This document shows positions 5,870-14,837 of a DNA stretch of 38,091 bases, in pieces. The DNA comes from a virus: IMG/VR virus record IMGVR_UViG_3300035099_000586. One strand, written 5' to 3'. The notes beneath the pieces are model-generated. The model saw only the letters and a list, made by a program, of their open reading frames with translations. It was not told the origin of the DNA and did no database searches. The stretch's first letter is position 1. Every line of letters starts with the position of its first letter. Both the position numbers and the translations under genes were made by a program.

Positions 5870-8384
5870 GTTTTGTTAGTCGTGACCTAATGTTGGTTAA
5901 AATAGGTTCTTTTTCTGATGACTCATCAGCTACGATGTAAGCCACCCCCTTCTCTTTAGGTAGGATTGGTTTGTCTGCAATTTTTCCCAAAGCGTTTTTT
6001 AAATCTTTGTTTTCAATAGATTTCGAAGAGTGCACTATTTTTATATCTGCAAGGTTTACCACGCTTGGATGAACATCGTTAGCGAGTTGTGTGTCCAGTA
6101 TGAGCCAATTGAGCCCATGTCTATACCAGCGGAGGAGACTTTCGATAACCTCTATAAATTCCTTTGGCATTTCCTTTTTGAAGTATTCATGTGCCTCATT
6201 CATGATTAAGACAACAGGTTTATTTCTTAATTCCTTGCTTGTTTGAATGACGCTCAATATCAAAGCTACGATTAAAAGCATGTCTGATTGCGGGAGTGTA
6301 AGTTCTCCCTTTTCTCTGAAGTCAAATATATTAACTCCACCTAATTTGAGTTTGGGAATAAAATGTTGGTTTCCATCAGCTAAATATGGTTTCAGGATTT
6401 CCAGAGTTCTTATTGCTGCCTCTCGTTGATCTTTTTTAAGTAGCATATCTTCTTTAACTTCTCTTATAATGGCATCTATACTAACTATTCCTGTCTCATC
6501 CCTGACTTTCTTTATCTTGTAATACACGTCTGTTACAGTTTTAGGAGCGAAGATGCCAAGCGGTCCAACTTTAAGAACATTCTTCCAGTCGTCCGTCGTA
6601 ATAGTCGACGGATCCACAATGAATGGGAAAACATTATCGGTCTTGTATTCTTCTCTAAACTCACCAAGTTTTTCACTTTTTATCGCTGGGTTTACAAATA
6701 TCTGAATATTGTTCTCTGAGACTAGACTACATGGTTTTACTCCATACTCTTTTTCCAGTTTTTGGCACTCTTCAGGATCATCGTTTTTCCTTGCTATACT
6801 CCAGAAGTCAGATCTGTCTTCGTGCCTTGTAGATTTGTGGAGCACAATTATGGTTGCCCTCTCTTTATCTGATACTTTAGATATTTTTGGAATTGACTTA
6901 CCGACCAACATTTCGCAGAGTACTCCAATGGTATACCCTTTTCCTGAGCCCGGGCCACCACAGACAAACACCGTATGAGCCCTGTTCAAGTCGAATTTAA
7001 CGAAACTGTTATCTGACTTGCCGATTATTCCCCACTGTGCCGTTTCTTTGACAGAACCTACCCATTTGTCAGGCTTTGAAGTGGTCAATGGAGCGTGAAT
7101 TCGCGAAATAGAGGCTGACTTGAAATATCTGTTTTCAGAATTGAGACTCAACAAGTATTGGCCGAAAACTGCTGAGTCGTCCAACCATCTTCCGCATATT
7201 CCGAATCCTTTTTGTATCAGAAGATTTTCGAATTCTTCACGATCAAACCTGGTTGAATAACCTAGTACTATCGTATCTAAACTCTCATTTAGAATGTTTG
7301 GCTTGTAGAGTATGATAACCGTTTTGGATTTTGGATCTGGACTCAGCCGAATTTTGCTCCTAGCTTCTTCACAAATGTTGTATCTGGTTAGAAATTCATT
7401 GAAGGTGTCGAGTTGTACAATATCAGGTATAATTTTTCCATTGTCTAACGTGTAGCCGTTAAATGCTTCATTATAAGGAATATGTTCACCGTTGACCACA
7501 AAGCGTACATTTTCTTTTGTCTGGGAGGCTTTGTTGAGTAGCTCCAGTGGGTGGTAGAAGAAGTCCTGCGCTGCTTTCCCGTAGTAGTTTCGTTTGATCT
7601 TTTCATCGTCACGGCCACCGACAAATTCCACATCCATAAGAAGCAGTGAATCTGTAGTCATCAAATCTCTAAGTGCATCCAAGATTTTGGGAACAGGCGC
7701 ATTCCAGACAATGCCTTGAGCAATAATTAGCTTACCCACTTTTTTTTCGAGACACCCTGGTAACCCTTTTAGGAAATCAGTGAGTACGGGTCTTAGAATC
7801 AGGCTTTGGTCAAATAGGCAGTTTCGCAGCATCTTATCTGCGAATACCATCCTTAGACTGTTCGTTAGTAATGGAAATGAAATATCCACAGGGGTATATA
7901 TGATTGGTCTGAATTTGTGAGCCTTGAGGTTTTGGGTTCTGTACTCTTCAATTATACGAGTTAGTATCATGTTCTCTTTTTGCGCTGATCCCACACCCAA
8001 AACGACTAATTGAATTGGAGGTTTACCGTAATGCTTGCAATGTTTTTTCTTAAGGAAATCGAATACTATTTTCATTATCTCGGACAGCGCATCTCCAAGA
8101 AGATCCCGCGTACGTTTAAAAACGTCATAACCTTCCTCCTCTGTCATCTTTATATAGTTGGCAGCTCCTATCTCGTCCCAGTACCAATATTTCTCATCTA
8201 CAACATTAGTCGTGTAAACTTCCTTTGCATGCTCCTCAGGCACCATTATGGATGTTCCTGATATGAAGCTAGCCTTTGGATAGTGCGAAAAGTTAACTTT
8301 TAACTCAAACATTTCAAATAACTGCCTATCTCGCAAAGCGAATTTCCTCACGCGCTTCAAGATTGTATCCTCCTTTTTTGGCAC
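5817..8384 (-). CDS. Fusion: EgtD-family (Methyltransf_33) SAM methyltransferase + MAD8/HerA-like P-loop ATPase
   Basis: N-half: EKYWYWDEIGA, LVVLGVGSAQKE, YTPVDIS, STRFDREEF...WLDD. C-half: FDLNRAHTVFVCGGPGSGKGYT (Walker A), LIMNEAH (Walker B), LILDTQ, RSRLTKHGGSSKT. Confidence 0.75.
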   Translation of the reverse strand: MPKKEDTILKRVRKFALRDRQLFEMFELKVNFSHYPKASFISGTSIMVPEEHAKEVYTTNVVDEKYWYWDEIGAANYIKMTEEEGYDVFKRTRDLLGDALSEIMKIVFDFLKKKHCKHYGKPPIQLVVLGVGSAQKENMILTRIIEEYRTQNLKAHKFRPIIYTPVDISFPLLTNSLRMVFADKMLRNCLFDQSLILRPVLTDFLKGLPGCLEKKVGKLIIAQGIVWNAPVPKILDALRDLMTTDSLLLMDVEFVGGRDDEKIKRNYYGKAAQDFFYHPLELLNKASQTKENVRFVVNGEHIPYNEAFNGYTLDNGKIIPDIVQLDTFNEFLTRYNICEEARSKIRLSPDPKSKTVIILYKPNILNESLDTIVLGYSTRFDREEFENLLIQKGFGICGRWLDDSAVFGQYLLSLNSENRYFKSASISRIHAPLTTSKPDKWVGSVKETAQWGIIGKSDNSFVKFDLNRAHTVFVCGGPGSGKGYTIGVLCEMLVGKSIPKISKVSDKERATIIVLHKSTRHEDRSDFWSIARKNDDPEECQKLEKEYGVKPCSLVSENNIQIFVNPAIKSEKLGEFREEYKTDNVFPFIVDPSTITTDDWKNVLKVGPLGIFAPKTVTDVYYKIKKVRDETGIVSIDAIIREVKEDMLLKKDQREAAIRTLEILKPYLADGNQHFIPKLKLGGVNIFDFREKGELTLPQSDMLLIVALILSVIQTSKELRNKPVVLIMNEAHEYFKKEMPKEFIEVIESLLRWYRHGLNWLILDTQLANDVHPSVVNLADIKIVHSSKSIENKDLKNALGKIADKPILPKEKGVAYIVADESSEKEPILTNIRSRLTKHGGSSKTFIKSRKGQKA

Positions 8385-8402
8385 CCAATTAACAGAACAC
8401 GC

Positions 8403-8420
8403 TCATATATATTTTTAAAG
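8403..8420 (-). promoter_or_regulatory. Probable TATA box for a leaderless transcript of the 855-aa gene
   Basis: TTTAAAAATATATA about 20-35 nt upstream of the GTG start at 8384; no RBS visible. Confidence 0.45.
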
Positions 8421-9878
8421 CTTCTGCGTTTTCTTTTTCCAAAATAGGTATCCTTTGGTTTGCATTAAAAATCCGCAAACTTTTATTAAGTGTGCAAGCC
8501 TTTCAAGGCTGGCTTTTTTTATTTCTTCGATGTAGGCTTCTTTTCTTCCGAATGGCATATGACAGAAGAAGTATTTCATGAAACGTACATGGCTATGCTT
8601 GGTGAACGCTTCCCTTATGACTGCAATGCTATTATCGGCTAGGGTTTGAAGCTTATTCAAAACGTATTTTTCGTTTCCCAAAAGTTGAATGTTGAAGCCG
8701 TAATGTCGCAGTATTTCCGTAATTCTAAGCGCTTCTTTTGGCGGTGGCTGTTCGGTTATTTTTTGCATTCCTGCTTTTTCTGCAAAGGGATTGTATTTTG
8801 CCATAACCGCGGGCATCTCCACGTATGGTGTTCCAGCTAAAGGCAGAGTTTCCCCAACGAGCTTTGCGCCCAAGCTTATCGTGCGGTATTTTGGATGAAC
8901 AACAACCCGAGTGATTATGCTCAGCTTTTCGTTTAACTCTTTCATGCTCATTTTTGGAAGTACAAGCCTTCTTCCGAAGCATGTTGGTGGTGGATAGTTG
9001 TAGACTATTACTCCGCATAGTTCTTCGCCACGTTTTAGACAGAAGATTTTTCGTGGTGCAGCTATCTTGTGGCTGCGATAGTGGAAGCTTGCGAGTTTTC
9101 TCCAGTCTTGTATTGTGCCTTCTTTGATTTTCATTTCCTTTACGAGACTGCACTCTTTAGCTGGATGGTTTGGATAGTAGTTTACGGTTATTTCTTTGCC
9201 GAATCGCTTGTGAATGTGCACTGAAGGGTTCAGGTCTTCAAGCAGGTCTGTATGTGTTGTTGCTGCTAAAACCGCTTTGCATTGTTGCCTTGCCAGCTTC
9301 TGAAGGTTATAAGCCACTATCTTGGCTGTGTCCCTGTCAAGTGTTGCTGCAAACTCGTCCATTATCCAGAACTGCGCTTGGCTTTCAATCATTTTCGCAA
9401 TCTTGTAACGGTATTTCTGGCCGTCGCTCAGTTGCTCATAACTTCTTAGGAAAAGAAAAGCGTCGTTCAAGCCCACTTTGCTCAGTAGCTCTAGGCTTTC
9501 TTCAACTGTTTTACCTACCGTTTCGATTAACGGTCTGTTTGGTTCAGGCTGAATATCCGCAATATTTATGCAACTAGTTCCCATGTCTTGCCTTATGTCC
9601 TTTTCCAAGGCTTTCAACAAGACAGACTTTCCGCTTCCAGAATCACCTGCTATATAGACAATGTCTGTAGATCCTATCTTCAGTTCAACATCATCGTAAA
9701 TGACAAATCTTTGCCACTGGTCAAGCCCCAGCCCGAAGCCTTCCGCAACAGCAACAACACGCTCACTTGGTTCTGGAGCAGCAGTTTCATAGCTTATGTT
9801 AATCACAAACTTGCCTTCTCTTCTATCATATCGACGTGCATATCGGGTGATGTGGAAAAACTCGCGCTTCCTTCTCAT
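8415..9878 (-). CDS. ABC-type ATPase fused to a GNAT acetyltransferase
   Basis: GDSGSGKS, LSDGQ, IMDEF, TTH, then ITRVVVHPKYRTISLG; ATGA-coupled to the terminase. Confidence 0.85.
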   Translation of the reverse strand: MRRKREFFHITRYARRYDRREGKFVINISYETAAPEPSERVVAVAEGFGLGLDQWQRFVIYDDVELKIGSTDIVYIAGDSGSGKSVLLKALEKDIRQDMGTSCINIADIQPEPNRPLIETVGKTVEESLELLSKVGLNDAFLFLRSYEQLSDGQKYRYKIAKMIESQAQFWIMDEFAATLDRDTAKIVAYNLQKLARQQCKAVLAATTHTDLLEDLNPSVHIHKRFGKEITVNYYPNHPAKECSLVKEMKIKEGTIQDWRKLASFHYRSHKIAAPRKIFCLKRGEELCGVIVYNYPPPTCFGRRLVLPKMSMKELNEKLSIITRVVVHPKYRTISLGAKLVGETLPLAGTPYVEMPAVMAKYNPFAEKAGMQKITEQPPPKEALRITEILRHYGFNIQLLGNEKYVLNKLQTLADNSIAVIREAFTKHSHVRFMKYFFCHMPFGRKEAYIEEIKKASLERLAHLIKVCGFLMQTKGYLFWKKKTQKL

Positions 9879-11338
9879 CTCGTAACTCCCATAACCTTGC
9901 GTTTGTTCAGTTTTTTGCGAATCTGCTGGAGTTTGTTGACTCGTCTGGGCACTACAGTCAGAAGTGGCTCTGGAGCCAGCTTAACTCCGCAAGATATTGC
10001 CATTGCTGTTGCCCACCAGACATCGTCATGTTGGTTTTGCGGGTGCGAGAAATGCAGTGACCCGTCCTTTTTGAGTTCGAATTTTTCTATGTTAAGCTCG
10101 TTGACGTAGCTGAGGCTCTTGTTCGGTGAGACTTGTATGTTGACAAAGGGAAAGCTGTAAGCTGCATCTAGCATCCGTTGCTTCAAAATGCTTGCCAGCT
10201 CCTGTTTTCGGCTGCTGGTAAAGGTTACAGCTTCCACGTTTTCGATTCCGCCATTCGCCATGTCCTCGGTGATGTATTCGCCGACTCCTGTCGTGTCAAC
10301 GCGGATTTTCTCAAACGTCTGCCATCTGTCCGTTAATGTTTTGACATAGCCTATGACTGTGGCATACTTTGTTTCAAGCGGAAAAACCTTCACATGCCTC
10401 AAGAAGTATTTGCCGTCGACGTCTTCGACTACCACAAAGGCGGAATAGTCTTGATGTTTACCAAGATCCAGTCCGCCATAGAATTTGCCTCTGTGAAGGC
10501 TTTCAAAATTCCAAAGCTCCAGTTCGCTGTCGATGCACTTTGTTATTAGGCTTAGTGGTATCCAGACGCTTTCGTCTTCTGCCCATTCTGCCTCAAGCTC
10601 CCGTTTCCACCGCCATGGGTCGCCCTCATACTCTTGCTTGCGGTCTTCAAGCCACTTCCGCCTCATAGGTCCATTAGGTTCTAAGGCTTGCTCCCATGTG
10701 ACGTGGCTCTTTGCGAACCGTGCGAATTGTGGTCTGTTGAAGATTTTCCAGAATAGGCTGTCGGCGCTGCCTGGTGTGCTGCTGCAGATAAACTTGCCTC
10801 CAGTGGTTGCAAGCGTGAACAGTATGGAATCATAGAGCTCCTCGTCATGGTTAATCCAGTTGGCTTCGTCCATGTACACGCAGTTAAGCGTAAAGCCTCT
10901 GACAGTTTCTGGATTGCAGGGCAAGGCTTGGATGACTGCTTGGTTCTTCAGCCTAACGATTGTCTGCTGCAACTTATGATAGTAGCCTTTCGGAATTCTA
11001 GTAAGGAATCCGTTGATTTTGGTTATGGGAATTTTTGTTTGGCGCCAGCTAGGACCCACAATTGCGATTTGATAACCATCATGCAACAGAGCGTAGTGCA
11101 GTAGCCAAGCAGAGATCAAATGCGTTTTTCCCGATTGCCTACTCCATCTTAAAGCAACAGAATCATTCTTGCTCAGAAGTTCTGCTGCTTCTTTCTGGTA
11201 AGCTGTTAACTTTAAGCCCAGCATATGCTCTGTGAATTTGACAAAGTCTTCTGGAATCCGTTTTGCCTTAGCTTCCAGATGATCCTTGAACCGCTGTTGC
11301 AGTTCCTTTATTCTTGTCTTTTGCGATTGCCTCATCAA
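9875..11338 (-). CDS. terL: Terminase large subunit
   Basis: WSRQSGKT (Walker A), VYMDEA (Walker B), STP, GGLDLGKHQDYSA and HDDVWWA (RNase H-like nuclease). Confidence 0.93.
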   Translation of the reverse strand: MMRQSQKTRIKELQQRFKDHLEAKAKRIPEDFVKFTEHMLGLKLTAYQKEAAELLSKNDSVALRWSRQSGKTHLISAWLLHYALLHDGYQIAIVGPSWRQTKIPITKINGFLTRIPKGYYHKLQQTIVRLKNQAVIQALPCNPETVRGFTLNCVYMDEANWINHDEELYDSILFTLATTGGKFICSSTPGSADSLFWKIFNRPQFARFAKSHVTWEQALEPNGPMRRKWLEDRKQEYEGDPWRWKRELEAEWAEDESVWIPLSLITKCIDSELELWNFESLHRGKFYGGLDLGKHQDYSAFVVVEDVDGKYFLRHVKVFPLETKYATVIGYVKTLTDRWQTFEKIRVDTTGVGEYITEDMANGGIENVEAVTFTSSRKQELASILKQRMLDAAYSFPFVNIQVSPNKSLSYVNELNIEKFELKKDGSLHFSHPQNQHDDVWWATAMAISCGVKLAPEPLLTVVPRRVNKLQQIRKKLNKRKVMGVTR

Positions 11339-11603
11339 TCATCTTCTCCAAACGGTCCAGTTCCTCGTTAATCAGAGCCTCGTCGAAAGAGCGGCTGAGG
11401 CTGTTCAAGACTTGGGCGATGTAGCCTGTAATGCGCATGAATCCTTCACGTTGTTTGGGTGTCTTGGCGTTTCTTGCAGACTGTTCAGCCAGGTCAAACA
11501 TTGATTCGAGTTGCGTTATCAGCTTCTGCCTGAGCCTTTGCGTTCCAGTCTCAACTTCCTTTTGAGCACGTCTTACTTTGCCTCTAAGCCTATGACTATA
11601 CAC
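11268..11603 (-). CDS. Probable terminase small subunit
   Basis: Small helical, basic N-terminus, directly upstream of and overlapping terL. Confidence 0.55.
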   Translation of the reverse strand: MYSHRLRGKVRRAQKEVETGTQRLRQKLITQLESMFDLAEQSARNAKTPKQREGFMRITGYIAQVLNSLSRSFDEALINEELDRLEKMIDEAIAKDKNKGTATAVQGSSGS

Positions 11604-11619
11604 TCGAAGCCTACCCCCT

Positions 11620-11877
11620 CTAGGTTTTTTGAGAGATCAGAATGCCGCTTATGGTTCCAATTAAACCCGTTATGGCTGCAAAGACTTCGCTGTTCCAACT
11701 GCCTAAGAAAGACATGTGAGCGATTTCTAAGGCTGAAAGACAGACAGTCATGGCAATAGCAAACTTGACTCCATAGACAAGCTTCTCGTTTGGCTGAACA
11801 ACGAGTATGTGCTCTTTTCCCCGTGAACCCTTGCGCTGTATTGTTTTGGTTAATGCTTTTCTAATCCAGTCTGTCGT
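11620..11877 (-). CDS. Two-TM membrane protein (85 aa) with an apparent ACG start; absent from the ORF track
   Basis: AGGTGA-GAAACC-ACG, then open for 85 codons (TDWIRKALTK...FAIAMTVCLSALEIA...FAAITGLIGTISGILISQKT*); an in-frame TGA lies just upstream. Confidence 0.7.
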   Translation of the reverse strand, partial: TTDWIRKALTKTIQRKGSRGKEHILVVQPNEKLVYGVKFAIAMTVCLSALEIAHMSFLGSWNSEVFAAITGLIGTISGILISQKT

Positions 11878-12259
11878 GGTTTCTCACCTTCTGTTGTCTG
11901 CACCGATTTGGAAAGACGCGTCTTCCACCCATCAAAAAGCTGTTCAAAAGCTGCTTGCACTCTTCAGAATTCATGTGCTGGTTTTCGATGACCTTTATGC
12001 TTACAGCCCATGACAATGGGACGGCTGTGTAGTCAATGTCGTAGAGTCCATCTGCATAGCGAAAGTGGTTCTGACCCAATATGATGTGCTTGTTCTTTTC
12101 GCCGAGTATTCCTATGAAGATGCCAAAACTGGTGACTGGAACATCTATGCCCCCTAAGCCTCCGCTGAGGCTTTTCCCTATTGAGGCATCTGTCCAATCC
12201 ACGCGGACTAGCGCTCCGATCTGAAGGCTTCTGATTTGTTTCAAAAGCTGCTTGTCCAC
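11861..12259 (-). CDS. Small beta-barrel (Sm/SH3-like) viral protein
   Basis: LVRVDWTDA...TSFGIFIG...HIILGQ...AVPLSWAVSIKV; GTG start with AGGTGA RBS. Confidence 0.7.
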   Translation of the reverse strand: MDKQLLKQIRSLQIGALVRVDWTDASIGKSLSGGLGGIDVPVTSFGIFIGILGEKNKHIILGQNHFRYADGLYDIDYTAVPLSWAVSIKVIENQHMNSEECKQLLNSFLMGGRRVFPNRCRQQKVRNHDRLD

Positions 12260-12265
12260 CTTGTT

Positions 12266-13927
12266 TCACCTTGCTACTTTATGTCTGCTCAAGTGGCTTG
12301 TCTTGCTGCGAAGCGCATACAGGTAATCAGCCAAGAATGGTGTTTCTCTTCCAAGCTCCAAGGTCACCTCAAGCGTCTGCGACTTGGCGTCAACACGGTA
12401 TTCAACGCTTAAGATGCGAAAATCTGCGTCTATGTTCTCGTTTGGCAATGTCACATGTATTTTGTCGCCTGGCAAAAGAGGCGTGTTCCCATAGTCTATG
12501 ACTGTGCTTCTTATTGTCAGGTATTCAGCAGGGTTTTTGAGATGGTTAAGAAGGGCTTTGGCTCTCAGCGTGCATGCGTTGTCGCTGTAAAGCTCCTCAT
12601 CAACTTCGACAAGTTCTCTTAAGCCATAGGTTGTTTGGCTGGTTGTGTCTTCTTGTGTGCTTTTCCATTTGCCGTATCCAAAATGGAACTGGTCTATCCA
12701 CCAGTTTCCTGCGCTTGCGTATTCTTGGTCGACTGCTATGCCTATCTGCTTTACGTACTCCCAGCGGAAGAGGTCGTCAACCCAGTCCCACTCGTCAGCA
12801 TATTTTAGTCCAGCGTTGATGACGACTTTTTCCCATTGGTTGATTTTGGAGAGGTTGAAGCTTTTTGTTGCGCTGTTATTCCAGATGTCGATTAGGTTTA
12901 TCCAGCAATACTTAGAATGTTTGTCATCAACCATGAGTGCAAGGCTGATTTTTGGAAACTCGTTGAGGTTTATGGTCTGGCCTTCATAAAATATCCAGTC
13001 AACTCTTGTGTAATACATGTAAGCTGATTCAATGACCTTAACGCTTTTAGCCCCAGCATACTTAATGGCTGTGTCCAAAGCGAGGTTTGTGCTGCCCGTC
13101 ATGACGCTCCATTTGCCATAAACCGCATGTATTAGTTCGTTTGAACCGCCCCAGCCAGTGCCTTCGCTAACAGTTAAATCCTCGGTAAGCGTGTCGCTCC
13201 AAGGTCTGCCGTCAACATCCACTGGGAAGGGTTTGTCAGCTACGCCGTAGACTGTGATTTTGTTTCTTATCATGTGGATGTCTTTTCTGTATTCGCTTGA
13301 CTCGATTCTGTCATTGAGATTGACTGGTGAGGTTTTGCTGTTGCGATGGAAAAACTCGAATTTTCCGTCTGGTGCTAAACGGAAGTCAAAGCCTATGACT
13401 CCAGCTTTGTCTGCGCTTCCACCGATGAAGCTTAGAATGTCAAAAACAGGCGTGTCTTGGTATTCCAGCTTCGTGTACGTGGTGTCAGTGTCTTCCACCA
13501 GCTCGTTTGAATCTCTGACATGGCTCAAGCCGACGTAGTAGTCAATTAGGTCTTTGACGATGGCTTCGCCTTTTTGGTTTTCATACGTTTTGGTGACGAC
13601 TCTTCTGAAGAGGCGTTCGCCCCAGCACCTGCCAGAAACACGCAAATAATTCTCATTAGGTGTGGATTCATATTTGACAGCTTCAACACGACACGTTATA
13701 ACCTGAGGAATATTGGTGCCTCTGCCTATGTCAATGTGCCCGTCGACTCCCACGTTGATTGGGTAGGAACCGTTTGGACTGTATTTCTTGTCCAAATTTT
13801 GAAGCAGGCACTCGAAGCTGCTGACTTCTCTTGTGCAGCCTAAATGTACTCTTAAATCGATTATGTCGCCTTGAGGAACACCGACATTGCCGAAAGCAAT
13901 GGCGATTTTTGGAATGTCGACGCTCAA
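12266..13927 (-). CDS. Tail tip/baseplate hub-like protein with an inserted CBM-like beta-sandwich
   Basis: Follows the tape measure; hub-like N and C termini (RVSGRCWGERL, KDIHMIRNKITVYG, RILSVEY); central INQWEKVVI...KQIGIAV...WWIDQFHF segment is CBM-like. Confidence 0.65.
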   Translation of the reverse strand: MSVDIPKIAIAFGNVGVPQGDIIDLRVHLGCTREVSSFECLLQNLDKKYSPNGSYPINVGVDGHIDIGRGTNIPQVITCRVEAVKYESTPNENYLRVSGRCWGERLFRRVVTKTYENQKGEAIVKDLIDYYVGLSHVRDSNELVEDTDTTYTKLEYQDTPVFDILSFIGGSADKAGVIGFDFRLAPDGKFEFFHRNSKTSPVNLNDRIESSEYRKDIHMIRNKITVYGVADKPFPVDVDGRPWSDTLTEDLTVSEGTGWGGSNELIHAVYGKWSVMTGSTNLALDTAIKYAGAKSVKVIESAYMYYTRVDWIFYEGQTINLNEFPKISLALMVDDKHSKYCWINLIDIWNNSATKSFNLSKINQWEKVVINAGLKYADEWDWVDDLFRWEYVKQIGIAVDQEYASAGNWWIDQFHFGYGKWKSTQEDTTSQTTYGLRELVEVDEELYSDNACTLRAKALLNHLKNPAEYLTIRSTVIDYGNTPLLPGDKIHVTLPNENIDADFRILSVEYRVDAKSQTLEVTLELGRETPFLADYLYALRSKTSHLSRHKVAR

Positions 13928-14469
13928 TCTTCTATCCCCCGTCTGTAATAGTCCCCTTCTCCAGCCCTGCGAATGCTTCGCCCACGTTCAGGCATTTCAG
14001 CCACAGCCTCGTTGAAGCTTTGAACGCTTGCGGTTGCAGAGTTCATCTGACTTGCAAAATACCACATGGCAGCCGCTGCAGCCACAATAACCGCTATTCC
14101 TACCCCTGTTAGGGCGAGCCAGGTGGCGTAAGAAATATTCAAAGCGTTCTGAGCAGCAGTCGAAATCCAACAAGCTGCAGCATACACTTTCTGAGCTACG
14201 GCTACGCCCCAGCTTGTTCTCATGAACATGCCTAAAACAGTGACAACCATCATGGCGCTGTTGAAGACTCTAGCTTGTTGGTCATTTAAAAGCCCGAACT
14301 GATGCGCTATATGCCCAATAGCGGTTCCAGTAGCGCCTAAACCAGCTATGGCGGAGCCAAGACTTTTGATTCGAACAGACAATGCTTCAGCGTCTGCCTG
14401 TATTCTGGTAAACTCACTGCTGGCACGGTTAACGGCTCTTATGGTGACGGCGATTTCTCTAAAGCTTAT
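13924..14469 (-). CDS. Miniature tape-measure-like protein (181 aa), apparent ATA start
   Basis: The frame stays open 29 codons upstream of the track start and reads (M)SFREIAVTIRAVNRASSEF, a TMP-type N-terminus; Ala/Gly-rich hydrophobic helices; position before the hub gene. Confidence 0.65.
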   Translation of the reverse strand: MSFREIAVTIRAVNRASSEFTRIQADAEALSVRIKSLGSAIAGLGATGTAIGHIAHQFGLLNDQQARVFNSAMMVVTVLGMFMRTSWGVAVAQKVYAAACWISTAAQNALNISYATWLALTGVGIAVIVAAAAAMWYFASQMNSATASVQSFNEAVAEMPERGRSIRRAGEGDYYRRGIED

Positions 14470-14837
14470 GGTAGTCCAGCCTCCGCTTTTGCTGTTTCTA
14501 AGGCTTCAAGAATTATCTGCTCAAGCTCTGGAAGATGCTCCTGAATCGCGGGGTAAAGGTATGGGCGTGCTTGCATGTATCGTGTTCCAAGTTCAACAAA
14601 CAATGCGTATGTGGCTTCTGCACCGATTTCCGCAGCCCAATCATGAATCTTGGCGTAAATGGAGCTTCGTAAATGTCCTGTTCTGACTGGAGCGAGTTGC
14701 TTGGCTAAGGCTTTGATGTCTGCAGCCCAGCTTGCCAACTGTCGATACACATGCCTCTGCATCGCTGAATCAAACGTTTGCATGGCAGCTTTGAACTCGT
14801 CAATGCCTTCAATGTCGCATGCTATTTCGACCGCCAT
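14466..14837 (-). CDS. HK97 gp10-like neck/tail protein
   Basis: AKQLAPVRTGHLRSSI...YALFVELGTRYMQARPYLYPA signature. Confidence 0.88.
   Translation of the reverse strand: MAVEIACDIEGIDEFKAAMQTFDSAMQRHVYRQLASWAADIKALAKQLAPVRTGHLRSSIYAKIHDWAAEIGAEATYALFVELGTRYMQARPYLYPAIQEHLPELEQIILEALETAKAEAGLP

Noticed and set aside
5817-8384. Ergothioneine biosynthesis gene or complete MADS system
   Set aside because: No egtB/egtC and none of the other MADS components are present; only domain-level similarity.
8415-9878. ABC transporter
   Set aside because: No permease or binding-protein genes; fused to GNAT and coupled to terL.
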